Positions 37,961 to 53,000 of a stretch of DNA of 64,000 nucleotides are shown piece by piece; position 1 is the first letter of the stretch, and each line of letters opens with the position of its first letter. The stretch spans positions 22,833,365 through 22,897,364 of the forward strand of contig NC_092678.1 in the NCBI RefSeq assembly GCF_964355755.1, read 5' to 3'. This stretch comes from Antedon mediterranea (taxonomy: Eukaryota > Animalia > Echinodermata). The position numbers and the translations under genes are program-made. The notes below the pieces were generated by a model, which was given only the letters and a program-made list of their open reading frames with translations, did not search any database and was not told the origin of the DNA.

Positions 37961-40111
37961 TAGTTTATAAGTACGATAAATTATAAAATAGTTTATCCAT
38001 CCTGTAATTGGCGAGTTACTTACTGTTGGATACGTATGAAAAATAATAATAATAATATCCTGGATTGATAAAGTGCCTAATGTAGTGAACAATTTTGATA
38101 AAAGTGGTACCTATGACCGTTTTAAGTCAAAATAAGCACTACTACACTATCTCTAACTCAGTTCTAAACCAGCTGCGCCACACCCCGAAAAAGCTTTAGA
38201 TGACTACGTTTTATATTGAATTTTTCATAAATAATTACTATTAATCAGTCTAAAATAAATAAATTATTGAATTGGAATATTAAAAATGCTTACCCCATGC
38301 TTATCCCGTCTGTTTGCTAGAAATAAACTGATTCGTTTATGAGCTTAATGAGTTTTTTGTAATCAAGATGGCGAACTATTCAACAACAACGCCATGAATC
38401 GATATAACAATGTATTCAATGATGCATAAATTATGAGCAGCAGCGTCATAGGCTACGTTATCATTATTCTTTTGTTGACATTTAATAAATAAATTTAGGA
38501 AACCTGGTTTTTCGCTTCTTTTAAATCCAAGGGTTAAATAACTTGTAAAAAGGGTAAAGCAAGGTACAGTATGGTCATGGAAATTGTTCTTAACTCCATG
38601 TTTTACATCAAATTGTTTCTATATTAGTACAATTGAGTATTTATTAATAAATATGCAACGTATGCTTATACTATGGAAATAATATTAATAAATTGGTCAA
38701 ATGTTTACTCTGACGTAATTTTGTAGTTTAAACTAAGTACTTTAAAAACACTCTCGCGTGTGCTTAGTACGTACAAACTTACTTCCGAGGGCAAACATCT
38801 GACCAATTACTCCTAACTCCTAAAATAGATAATAATTAAGTTTCCATAATTTATACTAATTATTTATATCATAGATTTATGTTCTATCATAGAGATATTA
38901 TAGTGACACTATCTATTTTGATTTTGATTTTTTATATTTTTTATTGTATGTAATTTGGTTTAGTTATCTTACTTTGTTCTTTTTCTTCTTTTTTTATATC
39001 AATTCTGTTTACAGTCATCAAATAATTCACCACAGCTGAAATAATTTAATCTATGCTTTCCTGTTTATTGATGTCCCTAATTTGGGTTCCTATTGTTCCT
39101 TATTATTTTTGCTGGTAGACACTGTGTATCAAGAATGTGTATATCTTAACATAGATTCTAAGTACTGTATATTCCTTTGTTCATATACTAATTGATATGC
39201 TAATTTAGTGTCCAAGCTTATGTATGTGGGTTGCATTTAATTGGTTTTAGTATTACAGTTTATTTTTAATTTGGTTTTATCGAACTTCCGTTTTATCTGA
39301 GCATTATCTGTTTTAATCTAGTCTATCTTTATTTTGATACTCATATATTTTTATATTGTATGTTTAATTGTTTTAAGGATGCACCATTATTATGTGTGCC
39401 GCTGTTCAAAAAGCGTTTTCCAAATAAATTATTATTATTATTATTATTATTATCTCTATGTTTCTATCTGTACTGTATGTTGTTTATACTGTATTTGTTT
39501 GTGATTTACCTGTACTGTTGATTCTTCTAATTCCCAATGAACCATGACATTCTGCTTTTTGTTAAATAACAAAAAGACGTGTTTTACAAATATTTGTTAT
39601 GTACTGAATAGATTAGTATAAGGCCTATAACAGGCTGGTGGATATAAATTATATAAAAATAAGGTTTTTTGTTTAATATTAGTACACCTTTTATATTATT
39701 ATACTTGTATTCAATACCTTTGTGGTTTTCTGCCGTGGTGCAGATGCCAGGTCCGACATATCGTATACTTTACTCCAACAAAGACGTATATTTTCTCACG
39801 CTAAATATACCCTTTTTTATTTCATCCAATTATGAACCTATTTTTTCTTACCACAGTTTACGTTGTATCCATCTCATGTTCCAGTGTCACACTGTTGTTT
39901 TCATCCGCCTCACTAATTTTATATTAGGAATTAATCAGTTCGATTTTGTTCCTGTATGAATGAATTCTCCAAAGAATAAAATACCCGCGCTAGTAATAGC
40001 TGAGTGTGTAGAGTTATCATTCAATTGTAAAGTGTCTATCAGAAGGACACCAATGATCGCAACAGAAAATATAGAACAATGCTAGTAAATACTGTTCAAT
40101 TTAATTTACAA

Positions 40112-41230
40112 GTAATTCAATTTATTTTCTCAATTCAATTTATTTTCTCAATTCAATTTATTTCCACAATATAATAACATACAGAATAATAAATACAATG
40201 AAGTAATCATGTGGGGGAGGGTCATGTAAGTCATAAAGACTTTAAGTTTGAGCCACCCAAGATATAACATTAAATACAAATACGAAAAAGAAAAACATAT
40301 ATACATAAACTAATAATACATAAAAAAAACAAAGCTACAATTTCTATTTAAACCATTTTATCCGATCTTAACTGGTCTTATAAAATATATATATTTAACG
40401 TTCATCATATCTTGAAAATAAATAGTTCTTGTATACTAATTTAAATTTAGAAATTATAGGTGCATTTTTAATATCTACATGGATTGAATTCTATAATTTA
40501 GCTCCATGGTATTTAATAGAGTTCTTGGTCAAATTGTGTGTACATTTAGGTAAAAGATAATCATTTGCATTACGTGTATTATGACTTTGTAGTTGACTAT
40601 GTTTCATAAAGTAGTTATTAAATGATTTTGGAGTTTCTTATTTTTGTATTTGTACATAAAGAAAGCAGATTGCAAACTATTGATATCATAGGCCTATTTA
40701 GTGGTTTGGTATGGGCTAGATAAGTTGATTTAGAACAAATACGAAGCGCTTATTTCTGTAATTTAAAGAGATGGTCCAACTTTGTAGTTTAACCGTAGAA
40801 GTCCATGGGCATTGAACATATTTATTTGTAACAGTTCCCCATAACAAAATTACAATACGACAAATATGGAAGAACCGTGGTATTATATAATGAAAAAAAG
40901 AATATTTATTGGTAAAATATATTGAAGCTTTCTCATTACTCCATTTCTTGAAACCTGAGTAGAAATGTCAATTGTGATTCAAAGAAAATTTGTATGTTGT
41001 TTTTCTTTAATTAAAATATTATCAATTTAAATTATTATTATTCCCTCTGACGTGTCTTGCAAACTATTTAAAAAAATAGTTTTATCAATATTCAGCGATA
41101 GTTTATCAGCCTTAACCGATCTTGAGACACAAAGTAATTCCCTGTTAAGTATTTCAAAAAGATTATTAATATTTTTATCATCAGCATATAATATAACTAT
41201 AAAATGGAAAAACACATAGAACAAGTAAAT
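40112..41230 (-). mobile_element. Degenerate CR1/L2-group LINE 3' fragment
   Basis: LYADD...LNREL...KLSLNIDKT RT motifs; 3' tail of short tandem repeats (TTCAATTTATTTTCTCAA)n at ~40115-40165. Confidence 0.75.
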
Positions 41231-41739
41231 GAATTGAAATAAATAATAGAATAAACATGGCTGTATTTACAATTTCGAATTGAATTTAAAAGATACAAAG
41301 AATCATTATAAAGGCTAGCACGCATTATCTTTTATAGCATAGTCTTAGCCTATAAAAGGTTAAACCGATACCTATAACAAACCCACGTCAAGTATTTTTT
41401 TAATGGATAAAAACCAAAAAAACGAATTAAAATCAATAACAAAAAAGATCTGCTATCAATTGTATAAAAATGTATAATCAAGAAGTCAAAAAAATGTATA
41501 GAAAATATAAGTTTGCACCACGCATAAACAAAGCTACAACTTTATGTACATATTTCATTTGTTCATAGGATAATTTCTTTTCATAGATATTAACTTGTTT
41601 TTGATAATTGTACCATTTTTATAACCTTCACCTAGAATTTTAATAACGGTATCTTTAATAAAAAGACGTATCAAGTTTGAAAAATATAGATAAAAATAAG
41701 AGTAAAATAAAGATAAATATATTAGTATACTTCCGGTGA

Positions 41740-41998
41740 CAGATTAACATCGTTAACATTCTATTTAAATCTGTAATTCTTACGTGGTGATATCAAAAAA
41801 TCGTTCAATTATTTGATTGATAAAATATGATATTTCTAAGAGATGTAACTGTAATTGAAATGTATAACTATCGATTAGCGTCACTATCGATATTCGAAAC
41901 ATCACTCAGCTGTAAAAAGATGCAATTTATTTTTTCTTTAAATATGTCATCTATACATAGGCCTATATACAAAAAACAAACGAAAACATTCCAAATGT
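41740..41998 (-). pseudogene. Decayed LRR-coding remnant downstream of the NLR-4 stop codon
   Basis: Alternative frames give KHLECFRL, LSDVSNIDSD and LNDFLISPRKNYRFK, matching KDLEMFDL, NDLSNLDSN and LHDLLISPKRYRFK of NLR-2. Confidence 0.75.
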
Positions 41999-44049
41999 TT
42001 AGAAAGTTCTAATATGTGACCTAAGGAAGTCCCATTCATATGAACGATTTTGAGATGAGAGACGAAATTCCTTCAATTTAACAAAGCTACTACTACATTC
42101 CCATATCACTGACCTAATACGTTGACTATTTAGTTTTTCCGAATCACTAGACAAATGTATATAGAGAACTTCCAAGTCAGGAAAGGTTTGAAATAATTTG
42201 CACATTTGTGACCCAGTCAACTGTTCGTGATCTTCAATATAGTAAAAAGAACGTATTTCCTTAACTAAATCATATTTCTTCCATTCATTTGAGAGAATTG
42301 CAAGAGCTTCATCACCCCGCTTTTCAAGTAGTTTTATCAAATATCTGTCATGCATTAGTAACTCAATTAGTTTAATCAAATTATTGTTATGCATTGGTGG
42401 CATATTTTCATATTCTGCTTTGTATAGTTGTAATATGATTGATATGTGAGCTACAATCTTGCACACATTTTCAGATGAATATTCATTTGATTTTATAATT
42501 GACACTACATTATTTAATAGTGTAGACTGGTTTTTTGTAAGTTTATCTGAAAACAATTTTAAAAGTTGTATTAAGTGTAAATTGTCCCTTTTAAGAAATA
42601 TTTTAAAGGAATTATTTAAACATTCACTATTATTTTTCATTTTAGGAGACAGGCTTATTGGGTTGTCCAATGATTTCAATACTGTTTTTTCGTATTCTTG
42701 ATTCACATACTTGAAATATTTTGAAAATGAGTAATAATTTGAGGCCCTATTTACCAACCAATGTTCCATCAATTTGTCTGCATTGGGACCTAGAAAACTG
42801 ATAGTGACAACTCTTGTCATGTGTAAATACTCGTTTGTCCTGATTTTCTCGCATTCCTCATAATCTAAAGTCTCAATTTTGTTGGACAAGTAAAACCCGG
42901 CCAATGCCTCTGACAATAGCCTATGTGGAAATCGGTAAGTATTCACAAAACAATCTTGAATAATAATATTTTCTTTGTAAATAAATCCTATTTTCAGCGT
43001 TAAGTCAACTACACTTTTATTTAATAGTTTTTCATCAAAATTAAGTACATTTTTCTGTAAATTAATGTAACTAATGTTTCCTAGCATTAAAATTGCATTT
43101 TCATAGTCAGGTGGAATTTCATCAAATGCTATTATCGGCTTTGTAGTAGATTTATCACTTCTGTTAATAGACTGATTTATTACAGAACGAAAAATTTCTT
43201 CTAAATATTGTTTAAAATCTGTGGGAATTACTGGCTTGTGTTGCCATAAAGTACACATTTTAAGTAACAAAAATGGCGATGAAAACAATTCAAATATGTT
43301 TTTGTGATCACCACCCCAAACTCGTTTATCATGAGAATCAAGTTTAAATGCTTTGATCAATGACTGACCCAGATCAGGTTTTTCAATAAATTTGAAATAC
43401 CTGGTAATATAATGCTTTATATTTTCTGCAGCGAATCCTTCTACTTTTACATGTACGTCATAATATGTATCTAAATGTACAGTAAAACCTGGTCGTGAAG
43501 TCAGAATAACTGTGCTGTCTTCCAGTTCTTCTCCTTTTAATATCATTGGAATGTCAACCCCAGATAACTCATCGAATCCATCTACTAGAACAACTAATTC
43601 TTTGGCGTGTCTTTCGATAAAATACCTTATAGTTTTATTATTTAATGTATTCAGCTTAACATTAGCATTTACAATTATTTCTGTGATGTTTTGATCTACA
43701 TTGATGTCTCTGACGTTTACAAAAAATAATATTTTACCAGTAAACGTAGCATCGTTGTCGGTCGCCCAATTATAAGATATATATCGAAGTAATGCTGTCT
43801 TACCAATTCCCCCATTTCCGATCACCAATACTTTGCATGAGTCTCTGGACTTTATAATGGCCAGTAAATCTTTTAATGTATGCGTTTCAATTTTTTTGTC
43901 TATAGTGGTTTGTAGTATTGGATCGGTGAACAGCTGCGAAATATTATAATCCCTCTTCGTACAGTTTACGTTCCATGTTGGTGGTCTTACTTTGTGGATT
44001 TTTAATTTGTGTTTCTGCTGTGCTGTTAAATAGTTGCGAATAATCTCCT
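41999..44049 (-). CDS. NLR-4 NACHT exon with truncated LRR region
   Basis: 609-aa ORF extends in frame to the acceptor at 44051-44050; GNGGIGKT, LVDGFDE; 13-aa internal duplication MHNNNLIKLIELL/MHDRYLIKLLE. Confidence 0.9.
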
Positions 44050-47000
44050 CTGAAATATTAAAAAAAACAGATTATAAATTGTGCCTACCATCTATTAAAA
44101 TAAATATAATATATACATGAGAAACAATAAAAGCAACATCGGACCTACTTACCTTGTCTTAATTCATCGTTGGGAATGTAGAATAGCCCTAAAAATACTG
44201 TAAATATTGTGACCATCGTCGCCACACCTAGGCCTACTATAAAAAACAAACAAAACATTTTACCATTATTTTTTAAGCATTTTTATTCCTTAACGTATTC
44301 ATTCCTTAACATATTCTTTTCTTAACGATTTCATTTCTTTAACGTATTTCATTTATTTCTTAACATAATTATAATCTTAATAATAATCTCCCAATTCATT
44401 TTTTTTAACATATTAATTTCTTAAAATAGCATACGACATTCATTTCTTAGCATATTAAAGACACTATACCTATGTTTTTTTACCTAATTTAAGCTCACAC
44501 ACTAAATTTTATGTAAAAATAAATACTACATGCGATAGTTTTTGTCGCCGTTAAAAATGTGAAAAATAAGGCGATTCTAATAATTTTAGCGGCCCGCTAT
44601 AAATCCCAACATGTATCGCGCGCTATTTTCTCTTTTTCACGCTGCTGCTCTAGCCCGCTACGTCACAAGAGATAAATCATTCAGATATAAAGCATAGCTG
44701 CAGTTATAGTACTAGACACTGACATTTTTGCAAAAAATGATTCTCGACTATAATTTATAGGTACCACCTGTTGAATCCAAAAAACGTCTGGGAAAAGAGT
44801 CTAACGACAAATCCCAAAGCATTTCTGGTATTTATGAGTCCCATGATATTACTAAAATTCGCTGTCAGATAGTCATTGAATTATTATCGAAAAAGTCCAT
44901 TGAAGTTTTTGTTTGTAATAGGATACTTGAAGTATCTAGGCGTGATGAAGTGACCCCCAGACGTGACCTTAGCAATAACAATAAGCGAGCAGCGTTTTTT
45001 GTAAGAAATATTCTTGTTAAATCATAATTTACCATACAACTTACATTTAAGACAAGGAATGACTATGGTTTAATGTTTTTAAAGTAATATGCATTATTTT
45101 TACAAAACGTCACAAATTGTAGGGAATGGGTCTTTAACTTAATATCATTTTTAACTTATTCATTTTTCAACATGTTCATTTTTATTAGAATATATATTCT
45201 TTTCGTAACCAATTCCTTTCATTTCATCACATATTCAATATTAATTCCATGTGTGAAATTGCATTTTGAATTCGTCAATGATCTATTTGTGTATTATAAC
45301 CTTGAATTCAAAAAAAATATAAGTTGTTTAAATTAAAATAATTCCCGTATATAAATTTGCTGATACATATTTTGCTATTTAAGGCCCTGTTCAGACCCAT
45401 GGCGTTAGACCGTTTAGCGTACGACGCTAAAAGAATGTGTGTCTGAACAGTTGGGGATTAGCGTACAACGCGTCATACAACGGTTGTAGCGTTGTAGTGG
45501 AAAACGGTTGATAGTACCGTTTTAGCGTACGACGCTACTGTAAGTCAACGTTGTATCCAATCAGAACGTTTCCTGTTATGACGCGAAACAAGGTTTGACC
45601 TAGGCTGACATCTTGTATCGTCAATGTGTGAGATGGATTTCAATAACAAAAAGGCCAGAATAAATAAGGCCTAACTACACTACAAATACAACTGTTACAA
45701 AGGCTACAAACCATTATCAACTGATTACCATTATATTTTCTAACAAATGACATAAATACATGCACCTTGTATTTAAACATAGGGACTATGATCCCATCCG
45801 CTTTTAGGCCTAGCTAGGCCTAGAGCCATTCACGCATTTCATTCAAGCTAAAAACTAGCGTGGGACATCAAGTCACTCATTCATACAAGGCAGACTAGAC
45901 TGGACAAGTTTAATGCTGAAAACCCCCTAACTCCTAAAAAAATCAGTAAACAAACAAGGGGTGTCCCTTTTATTAGCAAGTTAAGGGTTATTTTCAACCG
46001 ACTGGACCAAAGAATATATATCTTTGACTGGACTGGATAGACTAATCACAATCATTTTTTTCTTCATCATATTACGAGGCCTGCTTTATTTTCGTAACAC
46101 AAGAGCCTGGGGAAAATGTTTTTTACTACAAAATAAAAACAATAGAAACAGAAATTTGGCTTTACTATATTTTTCTTAAATAAATGCTGAGGTATGTTTT
46201 ATTTACGGCAAATTTTGTCATAATTGTAGGGCTGAGATCTAGGCCTATATACAGTGGAAATAATGATGAAAACACGTGGGTAAGAGCACATGAATATGCA
46301 ACTGGAAACAACCCGAATGACGTACTTCCGTTGTAACGATAATCGTACGCTATGGGTCTGAACACCTCGTTTTTTTCTCTGCGGTTTGTAACGTGACCTT
46401 GATAGTAACGTTGTACGCTAAAACGGTCTAACGCCATGGGTCTGAACAGGGCCATAGTTTATGATTTACTGTATTTTGGATCACTTGACAGTATTTAATA
46501 ATATCTTTGAATGATGCATTGCATTTAGGCCTAAGCACATTTAAACCTAGATATGTTTTATTCAAATTGTAAAGTGCAATATTTTTCCACAGTGCCGCGC
46601 CTTTTCATTGTCAATTTTTTGATCCACGATAAACTAATAGATACGATTCACTTTTAATCCACTTAATTCATATTCGGTGGTCGTTGTGCCTCTTTTAACA
46701 CCCTCGGATCTATTCCAAATAAATTTTAAAAATATTGTGTTTAACTTTTTCACGACCTCACTGTAAAACAAAATTCAGTAATTTTACATAAAAAGTATGT
46801 GAAGCAGAGATGCCAGAAACTTCTGTAGGTACAGACGTTTCTGTAGATTTTTACGGAAGTTTCTTTAAAATTACAGTTGATCTGTAAATTTACTAACAAG
46901 TTTTACAGATATATATGTGTTTGATTAAAGACATTTATGTAAATTTACAAACTGATGTTTATAAACAATACAGACAATCTGTAAATTTACAGATATATTT

Positions 47001-50000
47001 GTGAGATTTTAAAGATCATTCCTGTAATAAATACAGAAAATCAGTAAATTTACAGATATACTTGTGATATTTTAAAGATCATGCCAGTAATGAATACAAA
47101 AAATCAGTAAATTTACAGATATATTTGTAAGATTTTAAAGATCATTTCTGTAATAAATACATAAAATCAGTAAATTTACAGATATATTTGTGAGACTTTC
47201 ATTACGATCGAGCCAGGTAAATATCGATTTACGTTTTTTAGGGTCACATAGGCCTGAACCTCATCAAGTGTGGTAAGTAAGATCATGGAATCATTGGTTT
47301 TTTTTACATTTAATTTTCAATTTATATGTTCAACTCTTACCCTTCTTTTTATTGTGTTTTCTTGTAGTTTTATTTCGTATGTTTACTTCTTTTTTCCCAC
47401 TGCATGTAGAGTCATTGTCGTCCGTGCTATCTTCAGCTTCTTCACTATCTGTATATATAAATACATGGTATGGTTACGTATTAATTTGGAAAACATGTTT
47501 ATAGTTATTGCAGTAATATATAGACCACCACCCAATTCACCATATGCAATTGATAATAATAGTTTTTATGGTGCTATTTCTGATGAATTATCTGAATTTA
47601 AAGCAAAATGTGAGGATAACATATATGTAGTAGGTGATTTTAATGGAATAACGGGAGAAAATGATGATTTCATAAGTAGGGATGAGTGCCCCAACAATTG
47701 TGATCACGAAGTGTATAATGAAGATGATGAAAATATAACTAGAAACAGTGAAGACAATATATTAAATGAATATGGTTTAAATTTGTTGGATTTTTGTAAA
47801 GAAAATAGACTAAAGATTTTAAATGGAAGGATAAATCATAATGATAAGCAAATTCTTTACTTTCATAGGACATCAGGGGAAAATTATATCCTTACATTCC
47901 CAGACAATTTTAATAATAATATAATGGACATTTATGTAGATAATCGAGTAGAATCGGATCATATGCCTATAATGTTTAAATTATCGATAGATGATGGTGT
48001 GAAAAAAATCATTTTATCGAACTAAACTAAATAACCAAAATGTCACGAATAGATGAAACGAAAACGAGATTGAACATTACAGAGAAGAGGTCAATACACA
48101 ACTTAATAATACTAATATAGATGAAGCTTTACAAAATATACATGGAGCTTTTGACTATGATTACAAACACATAACTACAAAATTTAAATCGGAAATAATG
48201 AAAATAAAATGAAACAACGTAATAATTGGTTCGACCACAATGTTTACACAAATTTACTGAATGATTTTCTAATTTAAAAAAAGAAATTATAAAGAATTAA
48301 TTAAAAAGAAAAAATACACTATAAGTTGCAATCACAAAATGAACTAATTAGACTACTAGAGGAACAGCAAAACAAACAATTCTGGACAAAAATTAAAAAC
48401 AACACACTTATTTTTCCGCAACATTGGGCAACTAGCATAATAGTACCCATATTTTTTTTTAAATGAAAATGAGATCGCCCAGCAAAATTATTAATATTAT
48501 TATATCAATGTAGTAAACTAACAGCACATGTTAAAATAGGACATAGTATCGGGAAACCTTTCAAATGCGCACGTGGTATCCAACAGGGGTCACCATTATC
48601 ATCGTTTTTTTTTATCATTGTTTAACGCTTTTCGTACATACTGCTGAAAATAGAAATAAAATCCAAATAGGTGATGTAAATGTCTACCATTTGTTATACG
48701 CAGGCGACCTGGTAGTAATTAGTGAAATGACACTGTAACGCCTTACAAGATTTGCTAAATAAGCTAGCACAATATTGTAATACATGGGGCTTGACAGTAA
48801 ACGTTGAAAAAAGTAAAATTGTAGTATTCAAGAAAGGTGGAAAACTTAAAAGATGTGAAAGATGGACATATTAGATCAAGAAATTGAAATAGTAAAATCA
48901 TTCAAATATTTAGATCTGTTTTTAATAGTGAAGACAAAATTGTAGTTCTTGGTATCATTTTGTCGTATTCATTAAGCTTCAACATGTTTGTCTGAACTGA
49001 AAATGATCATGCTTATACTACAATGTCAAGAAAATGCGTTTCACGTCGTAAAAATAAGAGCACAGTCACCAATGTAATGTTGGAATTAAAATGTGCATTG
49101 TACTGTACACGGAAATAGGAAGCTTTTTAGTACGTCGCTGATTTATTTTGATATTTTATTTATTTATTGTCAAACACAGTAATTTAAATGGATTGAAATT
49201 TGGTAATGTAAAGTAAAAAATTCACATCAAATTACAAAAATGAGGTTAGAATTTAACAAGATTAAAATTAGATAAAATACAGCGTGCAAAATACAAGCAA
49301 ATACAGTGCTCACTTGTTGGTGTGTGTATAGTATTAATGCATTATAAAAGTTTTAACATCCTTTTTCTGCATGCAAAGCGCAAGCGAAGGGTAATTGTTA
49401 GCGACGATCAATATAACTGACATTTACCAAAATAAATATTCATTTGCAACAATAAAATAGAGAGAACGAAATGAAAATGCAAAAACACTGTAGAATAGGG
49501 ATTTTTGTTGATTTTTTTCCGCCGTCGTATATCATTTGTTTATCGTGCCGTGTGCGTATTACTATATTAAAAAGGGAATCCTCGGGCTCCAATACACTTT
49601 ATTAACATAGACCGTGTTGGACCTATTGGGGCTATTTTGAAACCCAATGACCGTTAGATACCTATATGAGCTTCTTTTAACTTTCTGAAAATAGTATAGA
49701 CTGAGATGCGTGTTAAGATCAAAATGTGGGTCTGTATTACCAAAATCCACATAACACGGCTTTTGGTAGGTCTACTACTAATAATCCCAGGTCACACATG
49801 TACGTGATTTCATTGAATGAGATTTCCCACCCCTTTCATATAGTAAAATTTAAACCGACTAGAAAAGTTTGTTCAAAAAGTCCCCTTGGCAGCCCTCTGA
49901 CCCGCAGTCAATTTTGTTCACTTCACACGTTTCAATTCAAAGAGATAAAAGGTGGATACAAAATGTATCCCTCAATGTATTAATTTAGCAATGTATTAGT

Positions 50001-53000
50001 GTAATGTGTTTTAGTGAAACTTTTTTTTATCCTAATGTTTTAATCTTTTAATTAACTTTTAGGCCTATGTATTTTATATATTGTAATATCCAATCATAAT
50101 TATTTGATTGCAGTAAAAGAATTTGCATTTTAAGCTTTGAACTCACGATTAATATACATACCATCAACAAATAGTTTTCTTTCTGCCCTTGTTCCAATAC
50201 AATCTGCAAACATTTTTAATTGTTTTGGATTATCTGTTAGCCGTGATTTAATCTCAAGTTGAAGCACGAAGTCCCAAACATTTGTAAAATCATATAGTTC
50301 GTACGTACCAATAAGTTTTCTGAAAGCTGCTTGGTGAATAAGTAACATGGCTTTAAACAGTCGCTTACGAAATGATGATAACTTAGTTTCATAAGTATAC
50401 TGAATATTATTGTCGTTTATATAACCTTCTACCAAATCTTTAGCACTGCTAACGCTGGTAAGTTTCGTAATCTCTAACAAAAGGTTAACTTTAGTAGGTG
50501 AGATTAAACCTTGGCTTTCAAGATAATCGAATAGATCATCACCACTGATTTCTGGATGTGTAATGTCAAAGTGACGTCTATCTAAATGTTCAAAGAGGCA
50601 GAATCGTAACCATTGGTATCTAGGCCTTTCACCGTCAACATAGTATTTACTGATTTCAGCTTTCAAGCTTTGAAACTTCCCATTAATATCATCTGCCGTT
50701 CCATGCACTGTGTTGTCTGCAAAGCATAAATTACATTACTTTACATTAAATTTACTTCTATACCAATTGAGTTAAAATAATGATTTAGTTAAAATAAAAT
50801 GTTATAATAAACTTTTTATTTTGCGTTTGTTGTATCTCGTAAGAAACATAACCAAACAAATGAAGACGTTAAACTTTGTTTAGACAGCGTAGTTAGGCCT
50901 ACTGTCACCCATCGACCCATCGTATCGTTTATTTTGTAATATCATCTGTAAAGATAGTAGTATAAAATACATATGGCTATAGGCTTCTTACATGAAGATA
51001 CCAAGTTATGTTTAATTAACACTTGTTCTAAATTTAAATTCACAAAATAAAATTCTAAAATAAGTTAAAATATTAATATAAATTACGCTTCGCTCGCGTA
51101 CCATCTAGGTCGTGCTCACAGATGGTTCTCGAATAGGCCTACACAGTATTTCCAGCGAGAAAAAAATAGAGATTTCAAATGTACGTACCGCAGGACTATA
51201 ATACATTGTCGTTTACAGAAACGAATAAATATACACAATGATTTATGTAGTCAACCAAAATTAGCACCCTGGGAATTACTTCCGAGAGAGAAACAAAATG
51301 AGTCAAATTGTTTTATTTGGACTCATTTAAACAAACCCAATTTGTGTTTTGTATGTAACATTAAGGGTTGAGGGATGGGGGAAGAAGATAGGTACAAAGA
51401 GGAAACATTTTAAAATATATTCTTATCCACTCAGTAACGAAATATTGTTTTTAATGTTTTATAGGCCTATAAATAATATACCACTAAATACAGTAAAACA
51501 TTTACGATTTAATACGGTACTTTGTTAAAACTCTCACTGTCATAGTCGATTGAAATAGTAAAGTACATGTAACGATACACCACTACGACGTTTATATATT
51601 TTTTAATTATTAATTAATACAAACGTTGAGAAGCAACTGTCAGTAATAACGTTTATTTATTTGTATATTATATGTTTATAATCTAACAGTAGGGCCTACC
51701 CACACTCACAGTAATAAAGTTTATTTGTATATATTTTTATATTACATCTAACAGTACCAACACTCACAGTAAGAAATTTGCGATTCAAATTGCGATCAAA
51801 AGTGGTTAATACCTTAACAGTATTGTACAGCATTGCAATACTATTTATGTTTATTCTCCAAGGGGGCCCATAAATCTAAATCTATACCTCTATGGTTAAA
51901 CCAAATAATTTGGAATGTTCCATTCATCACAAATCAATACATTTGTAAAAACGTATATTAAATGTATCAAAATAGTATTTTTTAAAGAAAATCGGCCTGT
52001 CTTCAGCATTATGATGCTGTACTCGAACTGTTCAATCGGTTTTCAGCTATTAAAAACAATTATCGTAGGAGGAGATAGGAAAATGCGAAGCCTCCTCGCA
52101 TTTTTGTGGCGGGTATTTTTCAAGATGGACATCCATTAGACAGTGTATACCACGATCGGAAAACACCCCTATTTGGGGCAAATCGTTGAACCTAAATTCG
52201 TTTTAATCGTCAATAACTAATTATCTAACTTAATTTAATTAGTAAACAGGGTTACATCAGGTGGTTAAAATCAGTACCGAAAGTACGAACCAACTTTACA
52301 TACCATCGAGTAAAAATTCTAGAAGTAAGGCGCGATTCACCGAATTTTGCCCTTACGTAAATTTATATATAGATAATAAGCAACCAAATTCCAAATTTAT
52401 TCCATAGCTAATTCTTCTTCATTAAATTATGATTAATTAGATTTTGATATTTTTGTAATTACTTTCACACGGTCATTATTATTATTTACTCAGTTAGGAA
52501 ATGTATTCTTAAGTTCCTCAGCTACCCACAGGTGATGATTGTACTTTGTAATTCAATACAATAAAATACTTACCATTATGTATATATGGTTTACGTTTTC
52601 CTTTGCCTATAACAATAAAATTAAATATCAAATGTGTATTATGATTAAAACTGATCTAAATAATTCAGTTGATTTTCGATGAACATTAATCAGGTTTGAT
52701 CTATTGATGGAGTTGCGTCAATTTTATACGATGACATTATAGTCAGTTTTAGTACTGTATATAGGCCTATATCCAATATATATAAACATGTCTTCAAAAA
52801 AGTTGGAGATTTTTCATTAAATTTAGATAACAAAGCTAAAATTTAAGGTATATTTCAGGATTACTACAGAGCATGCATGGTTTAAGTTCATTTGATGATT
52901 ACTTCTTCTTCTTTTTTTATTATTATTAGTTACAGCAAAGAAAAAATAAATTAAAAGAGGCTTTTGAATACATTGCATAACATTATACCTCCATGGGTCA

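Noticed and set aside
38294-38298. N-myristoylation of NLR-3 via an upstream in-frame MGLKMD start
   Set aside because: Lacks Ser/Thr at position 6 and is not conserved in the paralogs
45045-45062. 18-nt phase 1-1 micro-exon (IPCLK) in NLR-4
   Set aside because: Good GTAAGT donor but weak polypyrimidine tract and no paralog; cannot be supported without transcripts
46165-46455. 96-aa ORF as a transposase
   Set aside because: Starts in the TIR of a non-autonomous element and has no DDE or Myb/SANT features
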